From: Oscillospiraceae bacterium | GTDB taxonomy: Bacteria > Bacillota > Clostridia > Oscillospirales > Acutalibacteraceae | DNA: 64,000 nt | Direction: 5' to 3' | NCBI GenBank assembly: GCA_015065725.1 | Contig: SVPV01000011.1 | Span: forward strand, 488 to 64,487 | Shown here: positions 16,111 through 25,226 of the stretch, piece after piece | Layout: each line of letters opens with the position of its first letter | How positions within the stretch are numbered: the first letter of the stretch is position 1 | Notes under the pieces: generated by a model | Told to the model about the DNA's origin: nothing | The model's input: the letters and a program-made list of their open reading frames with translations, nothing else | Database searches by the model: none | Made by a program: the position numbers and the translations under genes

Positions 16111-18036
16111 ATGGGTTATACAATAGCACAAAAAATAATTAAGGAGCATTTAGTAAGCGGTGAAATGACCGTAGGTAGTGAAATTGCCCTTAAAATCGAC
16201 CAAACCTTAACACAGGACGCTACAGGTACTATGGCTTACCTTGAGTTTGAAACAATGGGACTTGACCGTGTTAAAACCGAAAAAAGTGTTGCCTACATAG
16301 ACCATAACACACTACAGTCGGGCTTTGAGAATGCTGACGACCACCGCTATATACAAACTGTTGCCGCAAAGCACGGAATTTATTTTTCCCGCCCAGGTAA
16401 CGGTATTTGCCACCAAGTACACCTAGAGCGTTTTGGCAAACCCGGTAAAACCCTTATAGGCTCCGATAGCCATACACCTACAGGTGGCGGTATCGGTATG
16501 CTTGCTATGGGTGCGGGCGGTCTTGACGTTGCAGTAGCTATGGGCGGCGGTGCGTACTATATAACCATGCCTAAAATGTATAAGGTTAATCTCACAGGTA
16601 AGCTTCGCCCATTTGTAAGTGCTAAGGATATAAGCCTTGAGATTCTTCGCATACTCTCTGTTAAAGGCGGCGTTGGTGCTATAATCGAATGGGGCGGCGA
16701 GGGTATTAAAAATCTTTCTGTGCCTGAGCGTGCTACCATTACAAATATGGGTACCGAGCTTGGTGCTACTACCTCAATATTCCCCTCTGACGAAATTACA
16801 AAAGCTTTCTTAGAGGCTGAGGGCAGAGGTGAAGACTATATTCCGCTCAGTAGTGACCCTGACGCTGTTTACGATAAGGTTATAGATATTAATCTTGACG
16901 AATTAAAGCCGCTTATCGCTTGTCCGCATAGCCCCGACAATGTTGTGACAGTTGAAAGCCTTAAGGGTACAAAGGTTGACCAGGTATGTATAGGCTCCTG
17001 CACCAATTCTTCCCTTTTGGACATGCTAAAGGTTGCGGCACTTTTAAAGGGCAAAACCATTAAACCCACAGTTAGCCTTTCTATCTCCCCTGGCTCACGT
17101 CAGGTGCTTTCTATGCTTGCTGACTCTGGAGCTTTAAGTGATATACTAGCTAGCGGAGCCCGTTTGCTTGAGTGTGCTTGCGGTCCTTGTATAGGTATGG
17201 GCTTCTCACCGAATTCTGCAGGCGTTTCGCTTCGTACCTTTAACCGTAATTTTGAGGGTAGAAGCGGTACAGCCGATGCAGGTGTTTACCTTGTATCTCC
17301 CGAAACAGCGGTTGCGGCCGCTCTAACAGGAGAAATCACCTGCCCCACACTTCTAGGCACTATGCCCGAAATAAAAATGCCCGATAACTTTAAGGTTGAC
17401 GACTCGGCAGTGCTAGCTCCTGCTTCCCCCGAAATCGCACACGATTTAGAGGTGCTTCGCGGACCTAATATAAAGCCATTCCCCAAGGCTTTCGCTCAAG
17501 AGGATAAGCTTACCGCTACCTTGGCACTAAAGGTTGGCGATAATATAACCACCGACCACATTATGCCCGCAGGTGCTAAAATACTTCCCTACCGCTCAAA
17601 TATTCCGCACTTATCACAGTTCTGCTTTGGCGTTTGTGATAAAACTTTCCCCGAGCGTGCAAAAGAACTCGGTAAAAGCTTTATTGTTGGCGGTAGTAAC
17701 TACGGTCAAGGCTCCTCGCGTGAGCATGCGGCACTAGTACCTATGTATTTGGGTGTTCGCGTTGTAATTGCTAAAAGCTTTGCAAGAATTCACGCCGCTA
17801 ACCTTATAAATGCAGGCATTATGCCTTTAAGCTTTAAAAATGCTGACGATTATGATAAACTAAACGAGGGCGATACCCTTACTATTACCGATGTTTTCGA
17901 GGGTATGGACAAGGGCGAAATCACCTTAACTGATGAAACCAGTGGCGAAAGCTTCACCCTTACTTGTAGCTTTACCGACCGTCAAAAAGCAATTCTTAAA
18001 GCAGGCGGATTATTACAGTATACAAAATTAAACTAA
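16111..18036 (+). CDS. Aconitate hydratase
   Basis: IGSDSHTPTGGG, CGPCIGMG and GSNYGQGSSREHAA aconitase-family motifs. 641 aa. Confidence 0.9.
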   Translation: MGYTIAQKIIKEHLVSGEMTVGSEIALKIDQTLTQDATGTMAYLEFETMGLDRVKTEKSVAYIDHNTLQSGFENADDHRYIQTVAAKHGIYFSRPGNGICHQVHLERFGKPGKTLIGSDSHTPTGGGIGMLAMGAGGLDVAVAMGGGAYYITMPKMYKVNLTGKLRPFVSAKDISLEILRILSVKGGVGAIIEWGGEGIKNLSVPERATITNMGTELGATTSIFPSDEITKAFLEAEGRGEDYIPLSSDPDAVYDKVIDINLDELKPLIACPHSPDNVVTVESLKGTKVDQVCIGSCTNSSLLDMLKVAALLKGKTIKPTVSLSISPGSRQVLSMLADSGALSDILASGARLLECACGPCIGMGFSPNSAGVSLRTFNRNFEGRSGTADAGVYLVSPETAVAAALTGEITCPTLLGTMPEIKMPDNFKVDDSAVLAPASPEIAHDLEVLRGPNIKPFPKAFAQEDKLTATLALKVGDNITTDHIMPAGAKILPYRSNIPHLSQFCFGVCDKTFPERAKELGKSFIVGGSNYGQGSSREHAALVPMYLGVRVVIAKSFARIHAANLINAGIMPLSFKNADDYDKLNEGDTLTITDVFEGMDKGEITLTDETSGESFTLTCSFTDRQKAILKAGGLLQYTKLN

Positions 18037-18054
18037 TAAAGGGAGATTTTAAAA

Positions 18055-19209
18055 ATGGACGAGAAAAAATATGTAGACGCTGCCGTTGAACAGTTCCGCA
18101 GCATTTTAGAAGAACAAATTGCACGTGAGCGTAAAATGGAAAGCGAAAAGAAATACACCGACTATAAAAAGCTTGATAAAATAATTATCGGTATTTGCGG
18201 CGGCGACGGTATTGGACCGATTATCTCTGCCGAATCAGAACGCCTTTTAGAGTTTATTTTGAAAGACGAGATAGCCAAAGGTAAGATTGAGCTTCGTACA
18301 ATAGAGGGACTTACCATTGAAAACAGAATTGCACACAACAAGGCAATCCCTGATGACGTTCTTGCAGAAATCAAGGCTTGTAACGTAATACTTAAGGCAC
18401 CTACCACAACACTTAAGGGCGGCACACTTGAGAGTGCAAACGTTGCTATGCGACGCGAACTCGACCTATATGCGAATGTTCGCCCTGTAGCTGTACCCGA
18501 CCTTGATATCGACTGGGCATTCTTCCGTGAGAATACGGAGGGTGAGTATGTTTTAGGCTCACGCGGTGTTGAAATTCCCGATACATTAGCATTTGACTTT
18601 AAGGTTACCACAAACGAGGGTACAAAGCGTATTGCCCGTGCCGCATTTGAATATGCAAGAAATAACGGCAAAACAAACGTTGCAATAGTTACAAAGGCTA
18701 ACATTATGAAAAAGACCGACGGTAAGTTTAGCGAGCTTTGCCATGAAGTCGCAAAGGATTATCCCGAAATTACCGCAGAAGACTGGTACATTGATATTAT
18801 GACTGCAAATCTTGTAAATGAGCGTGTACGCTCTAACTTCCAAGTATTTGTACTACCTAATCTTTACGGTGATATCATTACCGACGAGGCAGCCCAAATT
18901 CAAGGCGGCGTTGGTACTGCAGGCAGTGCTAACCTTGGTGATGAGTATGCTATGTTCGAGGCTATTCACGGCTCTGCACCGCGTATGATTGAGCAAGGCA
19001 GAGGGGCTTATGCTAATCCGACAAGTATGTTCAAGGCAACCGAAATGATGCTTCGCCACATCGGCTTTGCCGATAAGGCAGATAAACTCGCAAAGGCTAT
19101 GTACCACTGTTTAGAGGTTGATAAAAAATATGTTATCACCGGTAGAAGTGACGGTGCTACAGGTAGAGAATTCTCCGATTACCTAATGGAAACTATCGAG
19201 AAAATGTAA
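18055..19209 (+). CDS. icd: Isocitrate dehydrogenase (isocitrate/isopropylmalate dehydrogenase family)
   Basis: LYANVRP and NLYGDIITDEAAQIQGG family motifs. The isocitrate assignment rests on operon context. Confidence 0.8.
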   Translation: MDEKKYVDAAVEQFRSILEEQIARERKMESEKKYTDYKKLDKIIIGICGGDGIGPIISAESERLLEFILKDEIAKGKIELRTIEGLTIENRIAHNKAIPDDVLAEIKACNVILKAPTTTLKGGTLESANVAMRRELDLYANVRPVAVPDLDIDWAFFRENTEGEYVLGSRGVEIPDTLAFDFKVTTNEGTKRIARAAFEYARNNGKTNVAIVTKANIMKKTDGKFSELCHEVAKDYPEITAEDWYIDIMTANLVNERVRSNFQVFVLPNLYGDIITDEAAQIQGGVGTAGSANLGDEYAMFEAIHGSAPRMIEQGRGAYANPTSMFKATEMMLRHIGFADKADKLAKAMYHCLEVDKKYVITGRSDGATGREFSDYLMETIEKM

Positions 19210-19236
19210 TTTTAAAATTAAAAACATTTTAAAAAA

Positions 19237-19262
19237 CAGCCGAATTACTTCGGCTGTTTTTT
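19237..19262 (+). terminator. Intrinsic terminator
   Basis: CAGCCGAA-TTAC-TTCGGCTG followed by TTTTTT. Confidence 0.8.
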
Positions 19263-19389
19263 GTACAGATATTCATAACTAATCTTAAACGCAAGATGGA
19301 AAAAATTAAAAAAACAGTTTATACAAATATATAATTGAAAAAAATGTCAAAATGTTATATAATGCAGATAATAGGGTGTGAGGATTTAT

Positions 19390-20622
19390 ATGTTTAAAAA
19401 AATACTGACATTTTTTGTTGTTATTTTAATAGTATTTTCGTTTTCTGTATCGGTCATTGCTGAAAGTGCAAACACATATACAGATTCAGTTACAGGAATT
19501 TCTTTTACTATTCCACAAGGTTGGAATGAAACAGCATTAAATGAAGAAAGAGAATATATTAAAGTTAAATATTTACACGAAAACAATGATGACTCATCAA
19601 TTTTTTTCGGTTATTCTGATATGTGGGCTGAATTGCCAGAAAGCGATAAAACCGGTTATACACGTTCCGATATAAATCATTCCGCAATAATGGATAACTT
19701 TACAAAAGAAGAAATACTACAAATGATAGGCTATGATAGCCTTGGTGCTGAAATCAATACTACATATTATAACCAAATTGAATATTTAGAATTAGCTCTT
19801 GATACAGAAATGTCGATTTTTGATGTTTCTGTTAATATAACAATGATTACTCTTTTGCGTTTTGATAATGGGTATTGTTATCAGTTTGTTTATAGTGATT
19901 TAGATGACAAAAGTCATTATCAAGAATTTAAAACAATGATGGATAGTGTAAAATATAAAACCGCCACCCAAACAGGTGATGGAATCATATCTATAGATAG
20001 TGATGGGAATTTGCAATTTAATTTTTCAAATTTAATTTTGAGTTTGGTTATTACGATAGTAGTATATTCCTTACCAATAATAATTTATAGATATGGAATT
20101 AAAAAACAAGCTCTGCCCGAAAAGAAAGCTAAAAAAATAACTATTATCTATGGAATTATAGCATTTTTCGTTATGGCAATTTTACTTGGCGGTGCACCTG
20201 GCGGTGCAATTATATTATGGAGTTTTGTAAATTATAAAGTTTTAACTACTCCAAATAAAAACGATGTTGGGCTAAAATATGAAACATCTAATGTTGAAAT
20301 TAATCAAGAAACAACTTTAGAAAAAGTGAACGATGAAAATATTGAAACCCAAAAAAACGAACTTGAAAACGATATTGTTTTTGTTGGTGGATTTGAGGTA
20401 GAAGAGTTTGAGAAAACTGTAGAAAAAGAGGAATCTGTTCTACAATTTAAAACAGTACAAGAAACAAAAAATAATACAGAACAAGTTGTTATTGAGAAAA
20501 ATGTTGAAATTATAAACACTCCAAAAGTTTTATTCTGCCGCAAATGCGGAACACCACTTTTGGACGATAGTGATTTTTGTCACAAGTGTGGTTTAAGGGT
20601 TATTAAGGGGGATATTAAATGA
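19390..20622 (+). CDS. Hypothetical membrane protein with signal peptide, central TM pair, acidic linker and C-terminal zinc ribbon
   Basis: MFKKILTFFVVILIVFSFSVSVIA|ES signal. Hydrophobic segments LILSLVITIVVYSLPIIIY and IIYGIIAFFVMAILLGG. C-terminal VLFCRKCGTPLLDDSDFCHKCG. ATG 19390 follows a GAGGA RBS. Confidence 0.6.
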   Translation: MFKKILTFFVVILIVFSFSVSVIAESANTYTDSVTGISFTIPQGWNETALNEEREYIKVKYLHENNDDSSIFFGYSDMWAELPESDKTGYTRSDINHSAIMDNFTKEEILQMIGYDSLGAEINTTYYNQIEYLELALDTEMSIFDVSVNITMITLLRFDNGYCYQFVYSDLDDKSHYQEFKTMMDSVKYKTATQTGDGIISIDSDGNLQFNFSNLILSLVITIVVYSLPIIIYRYGIKKQALPEKKAKKITIIYGIIAFFVMAILLGGAPGGAIILWSFVNYKVLTTPNKNDVGLKYETSNVEINQETTLEKVNDENIETQKNELENDIVFVGGFEVEEFEKTVEKEESVLQFKTVQETKNNTEQVVIEKNVEIINTPKVLFCRKCGTPLLDDSDFCHKCGLRVIKGDIK

Positions 20623-21911
20623 TTTGTAAGCAGTGTAATAACAATGTGCCTAATGACAGTGAATATTGCCCATTTTGTGGTAATGTTGTTGAAAAGGTAA
20701 TCACAGAATCGAACGTTGTTTCAGAAGTTGATAAGGGATATACTTATCTCGAATTAAAAGAATGGAAAAAGGCAAAAGATATATTTGATTTTGCCATTGT
20801 GAATAATGATAATAAAGCAAAAGCATATATTGGAAGATTATTGGCGAAATTTAAGTTATCAGGATTAGAAAGCCTTTCTGGAAGTAATAAAAAGCTCACC
20901 GAATTTGATGATTTTAAAATGGCTGTTAAATATGCCGATGATACTTATAAACAACAACTTAAAAACTGTTATTTATTAGTTGAAGAGAAAATCGCAAGCA
21001 AGAAAGCAAAATCAAAAAAACGCATTATCACAACTGCTGTTTCTTGTTTATCAGTTGTTGTGATTTTAGCGTTAAGTTATTTTGTTTTTGTGCCTTTAGG
21101 AAGATACTCGTATTATAAAAAACTTTTATCAAATGGAAATGTCGAAAAAGCGACTGAATCGTTTTCTAATAGTAAATGGTTTGAGTATAATGAAAAAGTG
21201 AAAGAATTATTTTATGATAAAGCTATCAAACTTTTTGAAGACAAAGAGTACGACAAAGCGATAGAATGTTTAAGAGAATGTGATGATTATAAAAATTCTG
21301 TCATTCTTTATAATTATTATAATGGTTTGAAATTCTACAATAATCAAGATTTTGAGAAAGCTATGAATTTTTTTGAAAAGTCAAAAGATTATAAAAATAG
21401 CGAAATTAAATATTTATATTCAAAAGCATTTTTTAAAATTGAAGAGAAGGATTATTATTTGGCATATGAGACATTTGATTCTTTAGTTAAAAAAGGCGAA
21501 AAAGTAGAAGACTTAAAAGAATATAATTTTTGTAAAGGCACATTAGCTGATAATATTTCAGAAGTTAAACACTATCTTAATTTATGCGGAGATTACGGCC
21601 TTGCCAAAAAAGCTTTGCAAAATTTAAGTCTTGTTGAAAAGTTACAAGGAAGTTGGAAACCAATAGATAGTGAAACTATTGGAATTTCGTATAAAAATAT
21701 GACAATAAATGATATGGGTGGAGTATGTTCCGTATCGCGTAGTATTAGTAAAATTGATTATGAAGACGTAACGATTAGTTTGAGTGTTGATGATGAAAAT
21801 GTCAGTTTAAAATTTTATTTTGAAAATAGTGGAGCTTTGCTTTACAATATAAACTTCATTAATGATAATAAAATAATAATTGGTTCGCAGATATTTGTAA
21901 GAACGTCATAA
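20619..21911 (+). CDS. Hypothetical protein: N-terminal zinc ribbon, one TM helix, TPR-like repeats with recurrent DYKNS motif
   Basis: MICKQCNNNVPNDSEYCPFCG; TM segment ITTAVSCLSVVVILALSYFVFV; repeats ...CDDYKNS...SKDYKNS.... ATGA overlap with the upstream gene. Confidence 0.6.
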   Translation: MICKQCNNNVPNDSEYCPFCGNVVEKVITESNVVSEVDKGYTYLELKEWKKAKDIFDFAIVNNDNKAKAYIGRLLAKFKLSGLESLSGSNKKLTEFDDFKMAVKYADDTYKQQLKNCYLLVEEKIASKKAKSKKRIITTAVSCLSVVVILALSYFVFVPLGRYSYYKKLLSNGNVEKATESFSNSKWFEYNEKVKELFYDKAIKLFEDKEYDKAIECLRECDDYKNSVILYNYYNGLKFYNNQDFEKAMNFFEKSKDYKNSEIKYLYSKAFFKIEEKDYYLAYETFDSLVKKGEKVEDLKEYNFCKGTLADNISEVKHYLNLCGDYGLAKKALQNLSLVEKLQGSWKPIDSETIGISYKNMTINDMGGVCSVSRSISKIDYEDVTISLSVDDENVSLKFYFENSGALLYNINFINDNKIIIGSQIFVRTS

Positions 21912-22072
21912 TGGTTTGAACTGACTGTTATATAAGACAGGAGATGGTTGGGTGTCTTAATTTGTTGTTCCTAATATAACACATACAAACAAAAGTTAAT
22001 TTCCTATAATACAAAGAAATCGTGCCTTATTGGTACGATTCTGTGTCTTGACAAAATATCTTAATTTAAAAA

Positions 22073-22096
22073 AGGAGGGGTTTGCCCTCCTTTTTG
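22073..22096. terminator. Bidirectional hairpin terminator
   Basis: AGGAGGG-GTTTG-CCCTCCT flanked by an A-run (left) and a T-run (right). Lies between convergent genes. Confidence 0.6.
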
Positions 22097-22101
22097 GTTT
22101 G

Positions 22102-22359
22102 TTAACGCATTGACTCAATACTGTCCATACCGTCTCTTACATCTCTTTCAATACCGTCTATAGTATCATCTATAATACCGTCGTTATTGCCATTTTTAGC
22201 ATTATTAGAGTTGGTATTATCACTTGAACCGTTTTGCTCTTGTGACTGATACGGCTCGGAACTATTATTTGTGCCGTTGCCGCTATCATTATTGCCACAA
22301 GCTGCAAATGAAAACATTATACAAACCGATGCTAAGATTAACGCTAATTTTTTAAACAT
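22102..22359 (-). CDS. Small secreted lipoprotein, N/S/G/D-rich
   Basis: MFKKLALILASVCIMFSFAAC lipobox, then low-complexity sequence. ATG 22359 follows a GGAGG RBS; the track start is 22380. Confidence 0.55.
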   Translation of the reverse strand: MFKKLALILASVCIMFSFAACGNNDSGNGTNNSSEPYQSQEQNGSSDNTNSNNAKNGNNDGIIDDTIDGIERDVRDGMDSIESMR

Positions 22360-22440
22360 AAAAAAGCCTCCTACATTCAAATCAAGCGTTAATTATATTG
22401 TTTCTCATTATTTAAAAATTAATATGGTATTTTTTTGAAA

Positions 22441-22484
22441 AAACAAAACCAGCAAAGAAAAATTTTTCTTTGCTGGTTTTGTTT
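22441..22484. terminator. Perfect 22+22 nt palindrome, terminator downstream of asnA
   Basis: AAACAAAACCAGCAAAGAAAAA / TTTTTCTTTGCTGGTTTTGTTT, starting 5 nt after the asnA stop. Confidence 0.7.
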
Positions 22485-22488
22485 TTTA

Positions 22489-23478
22489 TTAAAGAAATTC
22501 TATTCCAAGAGCCTTCGCACGCTCAACTTCCTCTTTAGGCCACATAGACGAGTGTACCTCACCTATATGTGCTTTTTGAAGAAGAAGCATACAAATACGA
22601 GACTGACCGAGTCCGCCGCCAATACATAAGGGCAACTCATCATTAACGAGTGCCTTATGGAAAGGAAGCTCTAGGCGGTTTTCCATATTTTCTGCCCTTA
22701 ACTGTTTAAGTAAAGTTTCCTTATCAACACGAATACCCATTGAGGAAATTTCGAATGCCGCGTCGGTCATACGGTTATATATCAGTATATCACCGTTCAG
22801 CGACCAATCATCATAATCGGGTGCTCTGCCATCGTGCTTTTGTCCGTTTTTAAGACGTGAGCCTATCTGCATAAGGAAAACTGCACCCATCTCGCGTGCC
22901 ACTTTGTTCTCACGCTCTTTAGGGGTAAGCTCGGGCCAACGCTCTTCAAGCTCATACGTGGTAACAAACTGTATTTCACGCGGAAGATAGTTATCAAGTA
23001 CAGGATATTCTTTCTCGAGCATATCGGCAGTGGTAATAAGTGCTTTATAGATTTTATTTACGGTATCCTTTAAGTATTCAACCGTTCTGTCTTCTTTAGA
23101 TATTACCTTTTCCCAATCCCATTGGTCAACGTAGATTGAATGAATCGCATCGCACTTCTCATCACGGCGAATAGCATTCATATTAGTATAAAGACCTGTA
23201 TGCATTGGAAACTTATATTTAGCCAAAGCCATACGCTTCCATTTAGCAAGACTGTGAACAACCTCGGCAATCTCACCTGTTTCAAGTATATCAAAGCTAA
23301 CGGGACGCTCAACACCGTTAAGGTCGTCGTTTACACCGCTGCCATGGCTTACAAAAAGCGGTGCGGTAACACGGGTTAAATTAAGTTCCTCGCAAAGTCT
23401 TGCCTCAAAGGTTTGGCGGAGTATTTGTATTGCCCGTTGGGTTGTAAAAACATCTAGTTTAGGTACATATTGTTTCAT
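22489..23478 (-). CDS. asnA: Aspartate--ammonia ligase (asparagine synthetase A)
   Basis: MKQYVPKLDVFTTQRAIQ...LNLTRVTAPLFV...GGGLGQSRICMLLL is typical of AsnA. Start ATG 23478; the track's 23511 overlaps asnS. Confidence 0.9.
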   Translation of the reverse strand: MKQYVPKLDVFTTQRAIQILRQTFEARLCEELNLTRVTAPLFVSHGSGVNDDLNGVERPVSFDILETGEIAEVVHSLAKWKRMALAKYKFPMHTGLYTNMNAIRRDEKCDAIHSIYVDQWDWEKVISKEDRTVEYLKDTVNKIYKALITTADMLEKEYPVLDNYLPREIQFVTTYELEERWPELTPKERENKVAREMGAVFLMQIGSRLKNGQKHDGRAPDYDDWSLNGDILIYNRMTDAAFEISSMGIRVDKETLLKQLRAENMENRLELPFHKALVNDELPLCIGGGLGQSRICMLLLQKAHIGEVHSSMWPKEEVERAKALGIEFL

Positions 23479-23494
23479 ATTATCGTCCTTAAAA

Positions 23495-24871
23495 TTAAGA
23501 AATAGAGCCAACTGTGCGTGGGTAAAGTATAACGTCGCGGATATTTTGAACGCCTGTTACATACATAATTATACGCTCAAGACCAAGACCGAAGCCACTG
23601 TGCGGTACCGAACCAAAGCGACGGAGAGAAATGTAATCCTCATACTCTGAAAGGTCCATACCGCGAACACGCATTGCCTCAAGAAGTTTATCAAGGTCAG
23701 CCTCACGCTCACTACAGCCGATAATCTCGCCAACACCTGGTACTAACAGGTCGGTTGCGGCAACTGTTTTGCCGTCGGCATTTTGTTTCATATAGAAAGA
23801 CTTAATTTCTTTAGGATAATTAGTTAAGAATACAGGACGCTTACAAATCACTTCGGAAATATATCTTTCATGCTCGGTCATAAGGTCACAGCCCCACTCA
23901 ACAGGGTATTGGAACTTTTCACCACAGTTTTTAAGTGCCTCTATTGCCTCGGTATAGGTCATAACAGCAAAGTCATTGTTAACCACAGACTCAAGCTTTT
24001 CTATAAGTCCCTTTTCAAAATGAGCATTAAAGAATTTTAATTCATCGGGGCATTTTTCTAGTACCGAGTTTATAATATGCTTAATAAGGTCTTCGGCAAT
24101 TTCTATAATGTCGTCAAGCTCTGCAAAAGCAACCTCAGGCTCAACATGCCAAAACTCTGCAACGTGGCGGGGAGTATTACTCTTTTCAGCACGGAAAGAA
24201 GGACCAAAGGTGTAAATTTTACCAAGTGCCATTGCGGCAACCTCGCCCTCAAGCTGACCCGACACCGAAAGTGCAGCACGGCGGCCAAAGAAATCGTCTG
24301 CATAGTATTCTTCTTCGGTCTTATAGTCGTTACTGTGACCGATTGTAGTAACCTTAAACATTTCGCCCGCACCCTCACAGTCGCTAGCGGTAATAAGGGG
24401 TGTATGGATATATGCGAAATGGCGGTTTTGGAAAAATTCGTGTATGCAAGCAGATACTACCGAACGTACACGGAACACCGCATTAAAGGTATTAGTACGC
24501 ACGCGAAGTGCAGGAATTGTACGTAAATACTCTAATGTATGGCGTTTTTTCTGTAGCGGATATTCGGGCGGACAAACACCCAAAACGGTAATAGCTTCGG
24601 CATTAATTTCAACCGAATCCTCTGCCACTACAGATTTTACAAGTGTACCCTCTACCTTAAGCGAGGTGCCAAGCTTCATAAATTCATTAGGGTCGGCAAT
24701 TACCGCCTTATCGATTACTATTTGCAAATGTTTTAGACTTGTTCCGTCATTAAGCTCTAAAAAAGCCATATTTTTAGAATCTCTCGAAGTTCTAACCCAA
24801 CCGCAAACTGTAACCTTTGTGTCGATATAACCCTTGTCATTTAAAATTTCAATAATGTCGGTATGTTTCAT
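23495..24871 (-). CDS. asnS: Asparagine--tRNA ligase
   Basis: Class IIb aaRS with an N-terminal OB fold (VTVCGWVRTSRDSKNMAFLELNDGT), FRAE motif 2 and GFGLGLERI motif 3. Start is ATG 24871, or TTG 24877 as in the track. Confidence 0.92.
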   Translation of the reverse strand: MKHTDIIEILNDKGYIDTKVTVCGWVRTSRDSKNMAFLELNDGTSLKHLQIVIDKAVIADPNEFMKLGTSLKVEGTLVKSVVAEDSVEINAEAITVLGVCPPEYPLQKKRHTLEYLRTIPALRVRTNTFNAVFRVRSVVSACIHEFFQNRHFAYIHTPLITASDCEGAGEMFKVTTIGHSNDYKTEEEYYADDFFGRRAALSVSGQLEGEVAAMALGKIYTFGPSFRAEKSNTPRHVAEFWHVEPEVAFAELDDIIEIAEDLIKHIINSVLEKCPDELKFFNAHFEKGLIEKLESVVNNDFAVMTYTEAIEALKNCGEKFQYPVEWGCDLMTEHERYISEVICKRPVFLTNYPKEIKSFYMKQNADGKTVAATDLLVPGVGEIIGCSEREADLDKLLEAMRVRGMDLSEYEDYISLRRFGSVPHSGFGLGLERIIMYVTGVQNIRDVILYPRTVGSIS

Positions 24872-24900
24872 AAACAAAACTGCCTTTCAAAATAATTTCA

Positions 24901-25184
24901 AAAATAAAAAAGCGTCTACTAGTCCCTTATATTAGGACGAATAGACGCGTTATCCGTGGTGCCACCTAATTTACCGTTTAAAAACGGTCACTCTACAGCC
25001 AGAAAGCCATATCCGATTTAACGCATCGATAACGTCGCACCTACTGCCAAGTAAATTCTTACTACTCGGGTTCGGATTGCAGCTCCAAAGTGTTCTTCCC
25101 TTTTTGCGTATAACCGTGTTCGCACTATCCACAGCTCACTTAATACCGTTTAAAAAGGTACTTTTCTTTATCATTGCCTTTAAC
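24901..25184 (-). promoter_or_regulatory. T-box leader (Asn specifier) with terminator, controlling asnS-asnA
   Basis: Minus strand shows the T-box sequence AAATTAGGTGGCACCACGG (plus 24951-24970). A terminator hairpin (24912-24948) carries a U-tail (24901-24911). The stem I region has GGGAAG-AAC-A, with candidate specifier AAC at 25092-25094. Confidence 0.8.
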
Positions 25185-25190
25185 AAATGA

Positions 25191-25219
25191 ATTATATCAT
25201 TATGTCTTTTTATTGTCAA
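25191..25219 (-). promoter_or_regulatory. Consensus sigma-A promoter of the T-box/asnS unit
   Basis: Minus strand TTGACA (25214-25219), 17-nt spacer, TATAAT (25191-25196). Confidence 0.7.
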
Positions 25220-25226
25220 TCTTTTT

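Noticed and set aside
18162-18704. Long antisense ORFs inside well-supported genes. Examples: 18162-18704 in icd, 9259-9696 in the DeoR gene, 41236-41631 in the HAD gene, 55790-56209 in yhhQ, 28915-29412 in pncB, 24077-24830 in asnS.
   Set aside because: They are shadow frames opposite genes with strong family motifs. They lack RBSs and have low-complexity, Ser/Leu/Arg-rich translations.
19270-22100. A phage-defence or toxin system in the AT-rich zinc-ribbon islands (also 58260-60370).
   Set aside because: I could recognise no nuclease, ATPase, methylase, protease, TIR/SIR2, reverse transcriptase or toxin-antitoxin-like domain. There is no integrase or transposase nearby. Only membrane, zinc-ribbon, TPR-like and SHOCT modules are present.
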